From Candidatus Aldehydirespirator sp. (GTDB lineage Bacteria > Actinomycetota > Acidimicrobiia > Acidimicrobiales > Aldehydirespiratoraceae), in contig OZ244832.1 of assembly GCA_965220485.1 (NCBI GenBank), forward strand, positions 4,475,068 to 4,539,067: DNA of 64,000 nucleotides, written 5' to 3'. Numbering within the stretch: the first letter of the stretch is position 1; every line of letters begins with the position of its first letter. Below the pieces are notes generated by a model that saw nothing but the letters and a program-made list of their open reading frames with translations, was not told the DNA's origin and did no database searches. Below are positions 56,402 to 64,000 of the stretch, piece by piece. The translations under genes and the position numbers were made by a program.

Positions 56402-57133
56402 ATGGACTCCGAGGCAATCGTCAACCAGATCGAGCTCGACGGGCGGCGCCTGATCGAGGTGGCCCGATCCGACCTCGCAGCAGCCGTGCCCACCTGCGGC
56501 GACTGGACGCTGCGCGACCTGGCCGGGCACATGGGATGGGTGCATGGACTGGTGGGCAGCTACGTGGCCGGCCGAGCCACTGAGCCCCTGTCCCGGGAGC
56601 AGATGCCCCAGGTGCCCGACGACGACTCTGCCGTGGACTTCGCGGCGGCCTCACTCGGTCGGCTCGTCGACGCGCTGGCCGGAATCGATCTCGACACCCC
56701 GGTGTGGAACTGGTCGCCCCGGCCCGACGCCGGCTTCTACTTCCGCAGGATGCTGCACGAGACCAGCGTCCATCGCTGGGACGCCGAGCACGCGGTGGGG
56801 GAGTCCGGTCCCGTGGACGGCGATCAGGGCCGCGACGGGGTCGACGAGTTCTTCGACTTCGTGCTGCCCAACGCCCAGAAGCGCAAGCGCCGGGATCTTC
56901 CGGCGGGCAGCCTGCATGTGCATCGCACCGACGGCGACGGTGAGTGGATCGTGCACGCCGACGGCGACGAAGTGGTCATGGAGCGCGCCCACGTCAAGGG
57001 CGACGCCGCGGTGCGAGGACCGGGCGGGGCGTTGTTCCTGGCCATGTGGAACCGGCTGCCGCTCGACGACGCCTCGCTTTCGGTAGTGGGCGACGAGGCC
57101 ACCGCCCGGGCCTGGGCGGATCTCGCCCCGTGA
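56402..57133 (+). CDS. maleylpyruvate-isomerase-family mycothiol-dependent enzyme (MDMPI_N/DinB_2 superfamily, TIGR03083-like)
   Basis: The 243-aa protein has a metal-binding His in …DWTLRDLAGHMGWVHG…. This family is Actinomycetota-restricted. Confidence 0.7.
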   Translation: MDSEAIVNQIELDGRRLIEVARSDLAAAVPTCGDWTLRDLAGHMGWVHGLVGSYVAGRATEPLSREQMPQVPDDDSAVDFAAASLGRLVDALAGIDLDTPVWNWSPRPDAGFYFRRMLHETSVHRWDAEHAVGESGPVDGDQGRDGVDEFFDFVLPNAQKRKRRDLPAGSLHVHRTDGDGEWIVHADGDEVVMERAHVKGDAAVRGPGGALFLAMWNRLPLDDASLSVVGDEATARAWADLAP

Positions 57134-57963
57134 ACACGGCCTTCGGCGCGGACGGGTCCGATCCAGGGACCGACAAGACGGGGACGGAGCGCTCGGATCT
57201 GCCGGCCGCGGACACAGCTGGTCCGGCGGCCGGCGCGGCCAGTCCGACCGGCTCCGCCATGTTGCAGTCGCGCCGCATGGCTTGGGGCGCCGGTAGCCAG
57301 ATCGACCAGCTCATGCCGGTGGTGCTGTTCTTGGTCTTCTACAACCTGGACGCCGTCCAGGTCGGCGGCCTCAACAACATCGAGGTCGCAGTCGCAGCGG
57401 CCACCGCATGGTCGATCAAGGCGGCCTACAGCCGTGTGCGTCGGGGCCTGCCCATAGGCAAGTGGCTGCCGGTTATCACCGGGTACCTCGTCGTGCGGGC
57501 CGCGGTGAGCATCGCAGTGGAACGCGAGCTAGTGGACTTCGGTGTCAGCTCGGAGGCGGTGTACTTCGGTATCGGCATAGGCACCAAGATGCTGGTGGGG
57601 TTGGCGGCCGCGGCCACGATCCTCGCCGGTCGGCCCTTCATGCTGTGGGTAGCCCGCCGCTTCCTGAACCTGCCCGAGACGGTGCAGGGACACCCCGACT
57701 TCGTGGCCACGATGCAGGGCGTGACATGGGTGATCGCCTTCTACGAAATCGGCTCGTCGGTGTGGGACGTCTGGCTGTACAACAACTCCGAGCTCAACTC
57801 GTTCGTGATCATCCGCTACTTGGGCAACTACCTGGCTTCGTTCGTGCTGATATTCGCCACGCTCCTGTACGTTGACCGCCGGTTCTCCAAGATCGAGGGA
57901 TGCCCGAGCCTGGTCGATCTGGTGAGCCGGGCCACCCGCCGCGAGCCGGCCGAGGATTCGTGA
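57130..57963 (+). CDS. integral membrane protein (DUF3159-like), hypothetical
   Basis: The GTG start overlaps the upstream stop (GTGA). A low-complexity N-terminus is followed by 4-6 TM helices. An alternative start is at MLQSRRM. Confidence 0.45.
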   Translation: MNTAFGADGSDPGTDKTGTERSDLPAADTAGPAAGAASPTGSAMLQSRRMAWGAGSQIDQLMPVVLFLVFYNLDAVQVGGLNNIEVAVAAATAWSIKAAYSRVRRGLPIGKWLPVITGYLVVRAAVSIAVERELVDFGVSSEAVYFGIGIGTKMLVGLAAAATILAGRPFMLWVARRFLNLPETVQGHPDFVATMQGVTWVIAFYEIGSSVWDVWLYNNSELNSFVIIRYLGNYLASFVLIFATLLYVDRRFSKIEGCPSLVDLVSRATRREPAEDS

Positions 57964-58715
57964 TCGGCGATCCGCCGGCATCAGGTCGGCTAGAGGGCAA
58001 GTCTGCCCTCGTAACCGGGGGCGGCACCGGCATCGGGCGGGCCTGCGCGGCACGGCTGGCCGCGGAGGGAGCGAGCGTGACCATCTGCGGACGGACCGAG
58101 CCGACGCTCGCGGAAGCCGCCGCGGCCGACGATGACGGCCATCTGCACGGCGTGGTGGCCAATGCCGGCGGGGGCGGGCGAATGGGCCCGTACCACCTGC
58201 TCGACATCGACGAGTTCAAACGGGTGCTCAACCTCAACGTCGTTGGCACCATGCTCACCATCAAGCACACGGTGGAGCGCCTGGCCGCGGCCGGGGGAGG
58301 GTCGTTCGTGGGGATGTCGTCGCTGGCCGGGAACGTGACCCACCCCTACTTCGGGGCGTACACCGCGGGGAAGGCCGGCATCGAGGCGATGATCCGCAAC
58401 GCGGCCGACGAGTTCGGACCGGCCGGTGTGCGCTTTAACGCGGTCAGGCCCGGCTTCATCGCCACCGAGATCATGGAGGCCATCCCCCGCGATTCCGCCG
58501 TGTACGACAGCTACGTGCAGAACACCCCGCTCGGCGGGGTGGGACAGCCCTCTGACGTGGCCGCACTGGTGGCGTTCCTGATCTCCGACGAGTCCCGCTG
58601 GATCACCGGCACCGCCATCAATGTCGACGGCGGGCACAGCCTGCGGCGCGGCCCCGACTTCGGATCGTTCCTGCCCTACGGCGAGGACGTGAAGTCAGGC
58701 CGCGCCAGCCGCTAG
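57960..58715 (+). CDS. SDR-family oxidoreductase
   Basis: The GTG start overlaps the upstream stop (GTGA). It has GKSALVTGGGTGIGRA and YTAGKAG motifs. Confidence 0.75.
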   Translation: MIGDPPASGRLEGKSALVTGGGTGIGRACAARLAAEGASVTICGRTEPTLAEAAAADDDGHLHGVVANAGGGGRMGPYHLLDIDEFKRVLNLNVVGTMLTIKHTVERLAAAGGGSFVGMSSLAGNVTHPYFGAYTAGKAGIEAMIRNAADEFGPAGVRFNAVRPGFIATEIMEAIPRDSAVYDSYVQNTPLGGVGQPSDVAALVAFLISDESRWITGTAINVDGGHSLRRGPDFGSFLPYGEDVKSGRASR

Positions 58716-60814
58716 ACGGCGCGCAGGCGCTCCCACTCGTCCAGCAGGCTGCTGTCGACCTCTCGCACCAGCCCGCCCAGCCACTCGATCACCTCGGCCA
58801 GACGGTCATCGACCGCAGCCGATGGCACGGTCTGCACCAACGCCTTGTAGCAGTCGGTCAGGTAGCGCAGCACCAGACCCTCGGAGCGCTTGAGCCCGTA
58901 ACGGCTCACATACTGGTTGAAGGTGTCGGCGTGCTCGACCATGTCGCGCACCACCGACTTGGGGCTGGGCCGCAGATGGCCGACCCACGGGTGATGGCGG
59001 GCGAAGGTGTCGAATGCGGGCTCGATGAACTCGGCCTCCGGCCGGGGCCAGGTCACCTCGGCCAGCCGGGCTATCCGTTCTTCGTATTCCACGCCCTCGT
59101 CCTTCATGCGGGTCATCAGCTCGTCGCGGGCCTGGTCCCGCTGGGCCAGCAGCACCGCCATGGGATCCTCCAGCACCGACTCGGCCACACTGATGGCCTG
59201 CAGGTGGTAGTCGGGCGCCTCGCGGTCCAGAACCGAGATGGCTTCCACTGCGAACAGGCCCAGAGGCTGGTTCAGGCGGAAGTCGTCCTGGAGGTCGAGG
59301 TTCACCCGCACCGGCCGTCCCGACTCGTCGGGTTCGGGCAGCACCTCCACGATCTCCGCGCCGATCAGCGACCGGAACACGCCCACCGCCTTGCGGATGT
59401 GGCGACGCTGCCGGGAGCGGGGTTCGTGGTTGTCCACCAGTAGGCGCTTCATGGCCGCACAGCCGTCGCCGGGCCGGCCCAGGACGTTGAGCATCATGGC
59501 GTGGGTCACGTCGAAGCTCGACGCCAGCGTCTCGGGGGTGCCCTCCCACAGTCTGGTCAGGGTCTTGTCGTCGTAGTGGGCGTATCCCCTCTCCGGTGGC
59601 TTCTTCCGGACCAGCTTCCGGAGCTTCTTGGGGTCGCCCGCGGCCCGCATCTTGGCCCGCTTGTTCTCCACCGCGTGCTCGGGGGCCTGAACCCACACGC
59701 TGCCGACGGTGTCGAAGCCCCGCCGGCCGGCCCGGCCCGCGATCTGCTGGAAGTCCCGCACCGACAGCACTCGGGTGCGCCAGCCGTCGTACTTGTACAG
59801 CTGGGTGAACAGCACGGTGCGGATCGGGACGTTGACGCCCACCCCGAGGGTGTCGGTGCCGCAGATCAACTTCAGGTGGCCCTGCTGGGCCAGCTTCTCG
59901 GTCAGCAGCCGGTACTTGGGCAGCATCCCGGCGTGGTGGACGCCGATGCCGGCCAGCACGAAGCGGCGCAGGTCCTTGCCGATGGGCGTGTCGAAGCGGA
60001 ACCCGCCCACCGCCTCCTTGACTGCGGCCTTCTCGTCGGCGTTGAGCACGTTGAGGCTGGTGAGGCTCTGGGCCCGGGCTGTGGCCTCCCTCTGGGTGAA
60101 GTGCACGATGTATACCGGGGCGCGGCCCGTCTTCAGCAACTCCTCAATGGAGACGTGCAGGGGGGTCTCCCGGTACTCCACGTCGAGGGGCACCGGACGC
60201 TCGGTCGAGGCAACCAGGGCAGTGTCGCGTCCAGTACGGGCGGCGAGGTCGCGGCGCAGCGCGATCGTGTCGCCGAGGGTCGCCGACATCAAGAGGAACT
60301 GTGTCCCCGTCAGCTCGAGCAGAGGCACCTGCCAGGCCCAGCCCCGATCGCGGTCGCCGTAGTAGTGGAACTCGTCCATTACCACGAGGTCGGCCGGGGT
60401 GGCAGCACCGGACCGCAGGGCTCGTTGGGCCAGGATCTCGGCGGTGCAGGCGATAACCGGGGCGTCGCCGTTGACGGAAGCGTCGCCGGTGACCATGCCG
60501 ACATTGGACGCTCCGAAGGCCGCGGTGAGTTCGAAGAACTTCTCGCTGACCAGGGCCTTGATCGGCGCGGTGTAGACGGCCCGGCGCCCTTGGGCCAGCG
60601 TGGTGAATGCACCGGCGAGGGCCACCAGCGACTTGCCCGACCCGGTCGGCGTGGCCAGCACCACGCTGTCTCCGGCCAGCAGGCGAAGGACCGCCTCCTC
60701 CTGGTGGGGATAGAGCTCAAGCCCGGACTGCGCCGACCACTCGATGAAGGCATCCAGCAACTCGTCGGCGCCGGGCGTGTCCGGCAGGAAGTCGCCGAGT
60801 GCGGGCAGGGCCAT
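58712..60814 (-). CDS. Ski2-like DEAD/DEAH-box superfamily-2 helicase with DUF3516-like C-terminal domain
   Basis: Motif I ATPTGSGKS, DEFH (Walker B), SAT, and motif VI QIAGRAGRRG are present. Total length is 700 aa. Confidence 0.85.
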   Translation of the reverse strand: MALPALGDFLPDTPGADELLDAFIEWSAQSGLELYPHQEEAVLRLLAGDSVVLATPTGSGKSLVALAGAFTTLAQGRRAVYTAPIKALVSEKFFELTAAFGASNVGMVTGDASVNGDAPVIACTAEILAQRALRSGAATPADLVVMDEFHYYGDRDRGWAWQVPLLELTGTQFLLMSATLGDTIALRRDLAARTGRDTALVASTERPVPLDVEYRETPLHVSIEELLKTGRAPVYIVHFTQREATARAQSLTSLNVLNADEKAAVKEAVGGFRFDTPIGKDLRRFVLAGIGVHHAGMLPKYRLLTEKLAQQGHLKLICGTDTLGVGVNVPIRTVLFTQLYKYDGWRTRVLSVRDFQQIAGRAGRRGFDTVGSVWVQAPEHAVENKRAKMRAAGDPKKLRKLVRKKPPERGYAHYDDKTLTRLWEGTPETLASSFDVTHAMMLNVLGRPGDGCAAMKRLLVDNHEPRSRQRRHIRKAVGVFRSLIGAEIVEVLPEPDESGRPVRVNLDLQDDFRLNQPLGLFAVEAISVLDREAPDYHLQAISVAESVLEDPMAVLLAQRDQARDELMTRMKDEGVEYEERIARLAEVTWPRPEAEFIEPAFDTFARHHPWVGHLRPSPKSVVRDMVEHADTFNQYVSRYGLKRSEGLVLRYLTDCYKALVQTVPSAAVDDRLAEVIEWLGGLVREVDSSLLDEWERLRAV

Positions 60815-61000
60815 GCGGTCCGAAGGCTAGGCGGTGAGGCTTCCAGGCCGAGTGGGTGGGTGATCATCCCTGCGCTGAAGGATGCGGTTCCCGCTCTCGT
60901 TCGCTTCGCTCACGGGCCGCTCGGGCCACGGCCTCGCTCGGTGCCTTGCCAAGTCCTTATGAATTGCGCCCCGTCCACTCGGCCTCTTAGCGTTCCGCGG

Positions 61001-62281
61001 ATGCCGATCCAGGAGCCGAGCGGACCCGGCGGCGGGGAGCGGACCAGTCCGCCGGGACGGATCGGTCCTCGCCTGTGGGCCCTCTTCGGAGCGACCTTCT
61101 TCTCGATGGCCCTGACCATGGGGCAGATCACCATTCTGGGCAAGCAGGTGTTCGACATGACCGGCCACCCGCTGTACTTGGGGCTGTTGGGTTTGGCGGA
61201 ATTCGTGCCCGCCTTCCTGCTCGCGCCCATCACCGGCATGGTCGCGGACCGCTTCGAGCGTCGGCTCGTGTTCGCCTGGGGCCTCAGCGGCGAGGCCGTT
61301 GCCTCGATCGGCCTGTTCTTCTACGTCGCGTCGGATCCGACGTCGGTGCTTCCCATCTACGGCTTGGTCCTCGCGTTTGGCACGGCTCGGGCCTTTCTCA
61401 TGGCGGTAAGCCGAGCTCTGCCCGTGGACCTGGCGCCGGACGGGTCCCGGGAGCGGATGGTGGCGTTGAACGTTGCCGGTTGGCAGGGGGGCTTCATCGT
61501 CGGTCCGGTGACGTTCGGCTTCGCCTTCGAAGTCGATCCGGCCCTCCCGTACCTGCTGGCCGCCGGGTGTGCGATAGGCGGGATCGGCCTGCTCATGCTC
61601 GTGCCGTCGGGCGACGTGCAACGGGCGGCGCTCGCGGCTGGAGCCGGCGTACGGTCCGCGCTCGGACACGCCCTCGAAGGCTTGCGCTACGTCCGGCGCA
61701 ACCGGGTGGTGCTCGGGGCGATCTCCCTCGATCTGTTCGCGGTGTTGCTGGGAGGAGCGATGGCGTTGCTGCCCGCCATAGCCGAGGATCGTCTCGGCGT
61801 GGGGGCCGTAGGCCTCGGCTGGTTGGCGGCCGCGGTCGGAATCGGGGCTGCCGCGGTGATGGTGGTCCTATCGGTACGACCGCTTCAGCGGCGAGTGGGT
61901 CCATCGCTATTGGCTGCGGTGGGAGTCTTCGGCGTGGGGACGATCGTGCTCGGCCTGACCCGTTCGTACGTGGTCGCCTTCATTGCGCTGCTGGTTCTGG
62001 GCGGGGCGGACGCCGTGAGCATTTTCATCCGCGGCACGGTGGTGCCATTGGCCACACCCGAGGAGATGCGGGGCCGGGTCCTGGCCGTGGAGTACGTGTT
62101 CATCGGTGGCTCGAACGAGTTGGGTGCGTTCGAGTCGGGCGTGGCCGGCGCACTGCTCGGCGTGGCTGGCGCGGTGATATTCGGCGGCGTGGGCACCCTG
62201 GCCGTCGTGGCGATCTGGTGGATGGCGTTCCCCGAGCTGCGCAGCATCGACCGGTTCGTCGAAGTGAGCCCCGACACGTAG
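61001..62281 (+). CDS. MFS transporter
   Basis: The 426-aa protein has ~12 TM helices and the MFS motif …GMVADRFERR…. The 926-aa tool ORF is a run-on. The start could be a few codons upstream. Confidence 0.75.
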   Translation: MPIQEPSGPGGGERTSPPGRIGPRLWALFGATFFSMALTMGQITILGKQVFDMTGHPLYLGLLGLAEFVPAFLLAPITGMVADRFERRLVFAWGLSGEAVASIGLFFYVASDPTSVLPIYGLVLAFGTARAFLMAVSRALPVDLAPDGSRERMVALNVAGWQGGFIVGPVTFGFAFEVDPALPYLLAAGCAIGGIGLLMLVPSGDVQRAALAAGAGVRSALGHALEGLRYVRRNRVVLGAISLDLFAVLLGGAMALLPAIAEDRLGVGAVGLGWLAAAVGIGAAAVMVVLSVRPLQRRVGPSLLAAVGVFGVGTIVLGLTRSYVVAFIALLVLGGADAVSIFIRGTVVPLATPEEMRGRVLAVEYVFIGGSNELGAFESGVAGALLGVAGAVIFGGVGTLAVVAIWWMAFPELRSIDRFVEVSPDT

Positions 62282-62352
62282 CGGGACCTCCGGCCGCTCC
62301 ACCCACACGAATTTCCGGGACTTGAGGGGAATAATTCCCCTTTTCCGCCGGA

Positions 62353-62439
62353 ATTTGGGCACGCGCCGGGCTGGGGCTCGGCGGTCTACGTCCGCGACCC
62401 CGACGGCAACGAAGTCGAGTTGCGACAGTACGGCTCGTA
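62353..62439 (+). pseudogene. C-terminal remnant of a VOC/glyoxalase-family gene (…GWGSAVYVRDPDGNEVELRQYGS*)
   Basis: The conserved VOC C-terminal motif YVRDPDGNEVEL is present with no upstream ORF. A palindrome GGGGAATAATTCCCC sits immediately upstream. Confidence 0.4.
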
Positions 62440-62449
62440 AGCGCCGAGG

Positions 62450-63274
62450 TCAGGCGAGGCCGGAGAAGTCGACTTGGTTCGTTGTGAACCAGGCACTGAA
62501 GCCGTGGTCGGCGACCATGTTGTGGCCGTTCATGGCTGCGCTGGCGTCGGAGCCGAGCAGAACGAGCGTGCGGGCGATGTCTTCTGGGGTGAGGATCCCG
62601 GCGGACTGGTCCACCATCCAGTCGATCTTCTCGGTCTTGTGGCGGCGGAAGTCGTGAAGAAGGGGAGTGTCGATCACGCCCGGGCACACGCTGTTGGTGC
62701 GCACGCCGTAGTCGAGATAGCTGCGGCGCGAGCCGTGCATGGTCCAGACCTGGGCCACCTCCTTCGAGAACTCGTAGGACGCCGGATCGATCAGCTCGCC
62801 GTGGCCGGCGATCCAGGCCAGGGCGTCGTCCCAGCCGTCGATAGCGATCAGCTCGGAGATTTCCGCCAGGTGCTGGGGCCAGCGCTGCCCGGCCACCGAG
62901 GCGGTGTTGACGATGGCGCCGCCCCGGTTCATGGTCGGTAGCAGGCCCTCGCTGAGACGGCGCAGGCCGAGATAGTTGACCCGCATCACGAAGTCCGAGG
63001 AGTGCACACCGGCCACACCAGCGTTGTTGAACAGCACATCGACGCCCCCGCCAATGGCTTCGCAGGCGGCGTCGATCGAGTCGGGGTCGCTGAGGTCGGC
63101 GGCCACATACGCGGTTGCCGCACCGGTGGGCTCGTTGCGGTCGAGCACTGTGAGGTCGGTGCAGCCCGCCGCGGCCAGCAGCTCGACGGCGGCCGCGCCC
63201 ACCCCGCTGGCGCCCCCGGTGAGCACCACCTTCTTGCCCCCATAGCTGAACAGGTTCGACGACGATTGGGACAC
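62450..63274 (-). CDS. SDR-family oxidoreductase
   Basis: It has VVLTGGASGVGAA, NNAG, and Y-x3-K motifs. Confidence 0.8.
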   Translation of the reverse strand: MSQSSSNLFSYGGKKVVLTGGASGVGAAAVELLAAAGCTDLTVLDRNEPTGAATAYVAADLSDPDSIDAACEAIGGGVDVLFNNAGVAGVHSSDFVMRVNYLGLRRLSEGLLPTMNRGGAIVNTASVAGQRWPQHLAEISELIAIDGWDDALAWIAGHGELIDPASYEFSKEVAQVWTMHGSRRSYLDYGVRTNSVCPGVIDTPLLHDFRRHKTEKIDWMVDQSAGILTPEDIARTLVLLGSDASAAMNGHNMVADHGFSAWFTTNQVDFSGLA

Positions 63275-63317
63275 GGTGAACTCCTCGTCGGCTCGGCTGT
63301 GCGCTGAACCTCTCGGT

Positions 63318-64000
63318 TCAGGCAGGAGTCAAGGCTAGGTGGGCTTCCCGCAGGCCGTGGACGAAGGCATTGGGCATCTCCACCTGCGGGGTGCCCTCGA
63401 TGCGCTCGATGTGGGCCACCCGCTCCAGCAGGCGCTCGAAGAAGATCTCGATCTCGAGACGGGCCAGGGCCGCGCCGAGGCAGAAGTGGGTGCCGAAGCC
63501 GAAGGCGATGTGGTTGTTGGGACTGCGGGAGACGTCGAAGGACTCGGGGTCGTGGAAATGGCGGGGGTCGCGGTTCGCCGACGGGTACATGAGGACCAGC
63601 TGCTGACCCTGGCGGATGGTCTGGCCGTGCAGCTCGGTATCGGCCGTGGCCACCCGGCACATGTTGTGGATGGGCGTGACCCAGCGGATGAACTCCTCCA
63701 CGGCCGTCTCCATGTCGGCCCCGGCCTTCAGCGCGGACCACGCCTCGGGCCGGTCGGCCAGCTCCAAAAGCGTGCGGGCGATCACCGTGCGTGTGGTCTC
63801 GGCGCCGCCGTCGAGCACGAGCAGGCAGTCCGAGATGATCTGTCCGATCCCGAACTCCGAGCCCCCCACCAGTCCTCCGCCCTCGTCCTCAGCCTGGACC
63901 CAGCGAGACGTCACGTCTGCGGCGGGGCAGGCCTGCTTCGCCTCGTACAGCCCGGTGCAGGCGGCCCTGAACTCCAACACGGCCTCGCTGCCCTCCTGGT
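63318..64000 (-). CDS. cytochrome P450 (3' portion; 5' end beyond window)
   Basis: The haem-binding loop FGFGTHFCLGAALARLE and the EXXR region are present. The ORF runs off the window end. Confidence 0.85.
   Translation of the reverse strand, partial: QEGSEAVLEFRAACTGLYEAKQACPAADVTSRWVQAEDEGGGLVGGSEFGIGQIISDCLLVLDGGAETTRTVIARTLLELADRPEAWSALKAGADMETAVEEFIRWVTPIHNMCRVATADTELHGQTIRQGQQLVLMYPSANRDPRHFHDPESFDVSRSPNNHIAFGFGTHFCLGAALARLEIEIFFERLLERVAHIERIEGTPQVEMPNAFVHGLREAHLALTPA

Noticed and set aside
59501-62281. 926-aa plus-strand ORF
   Set aside because: The N-terminal ~500 aa are antisense to the helicase gene with junk composition. Only the C-terminal 426 aa (MFS transporter, start ~61001) are credible.

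Overview
This window is high-GC (~68-70%) bacterial chromosomal DNA. A mycothiol-dependent MDMPI-family enzyme, an F420-type LLM oxidoreductase, SLH domains and frequent GTG starts point to Actinomycetota, possibly an Acidimicrobiia-like lineage; this is an inference from gene content.

The backbone is metabolic:
- a dihydropyrimidine/hydantoin catabolic operon (nitrilase-family carbamoyl-amidohydrolase, dihydropyrimidinase, MmsA, LLM oxidoreductase, NitT/TauT-type ABC transporter)
- metY
- a ribokinase plus nucleoside-hydrolase operon and arfB
- a BMP-family nucleoside ABC transporter
- an NfeD plus flotillin pair
- a peptide/nickel-type ABC importer with two tandem substrate-binding lipoproteins
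- a siroheme-synthesis plus ferredoxin sulfite-reductase operon
- IpdAB-like CoA-transferase subunits, many SDRs, AzlCD, a Ski2-like helicase, an MFS transporter and a P450 truncated by the window end

Several lower-GC accessory insertions sit on this backbone:
- A transposase 3' fragment lies at the window start.
- An IS1595-family element (~8.2-10.4 kb) carries a passenger lipoprotein gene and is inserted at the 3' end of a CoA-binding-protein gene.
- The main candidate defence island (~12.8-20.4 kb) lies immediately downstream of the nucleoside-hydrolase gene. It holds an MmeI/PglX-like gamma-class N6-adenine DNA methyltransferase of ~980 aa whose N-terminal PD-ExK-like motif is degenerate. 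Next to it are a DSR1-like protein of 1202 aa with an N-terminal SIR2 domain, and an orphan RelE/ParE-like COG3657 toxin. The cassettes are separated and bounded by repeated copies of the hydrolase gene's 3' end, consistent with serial insertion at a hotspot.
- An AbiL-like AAA_21 ATPase plus RloB-like pair forms a ~55% GC islet (~49.3-51.3 kb).

Other oddities:
- a half-permease fused to a BMP substrate-binding domain
- a Rieske-less oxygenase-like gene coupled to a cyclase
- three 71-bp tandem hairpin repeats in a divergent promoter
- an SLH-metallopeptidase gene broken by an in-frame TAG

No rRNA, tRNA or CRISPR array was recognised.
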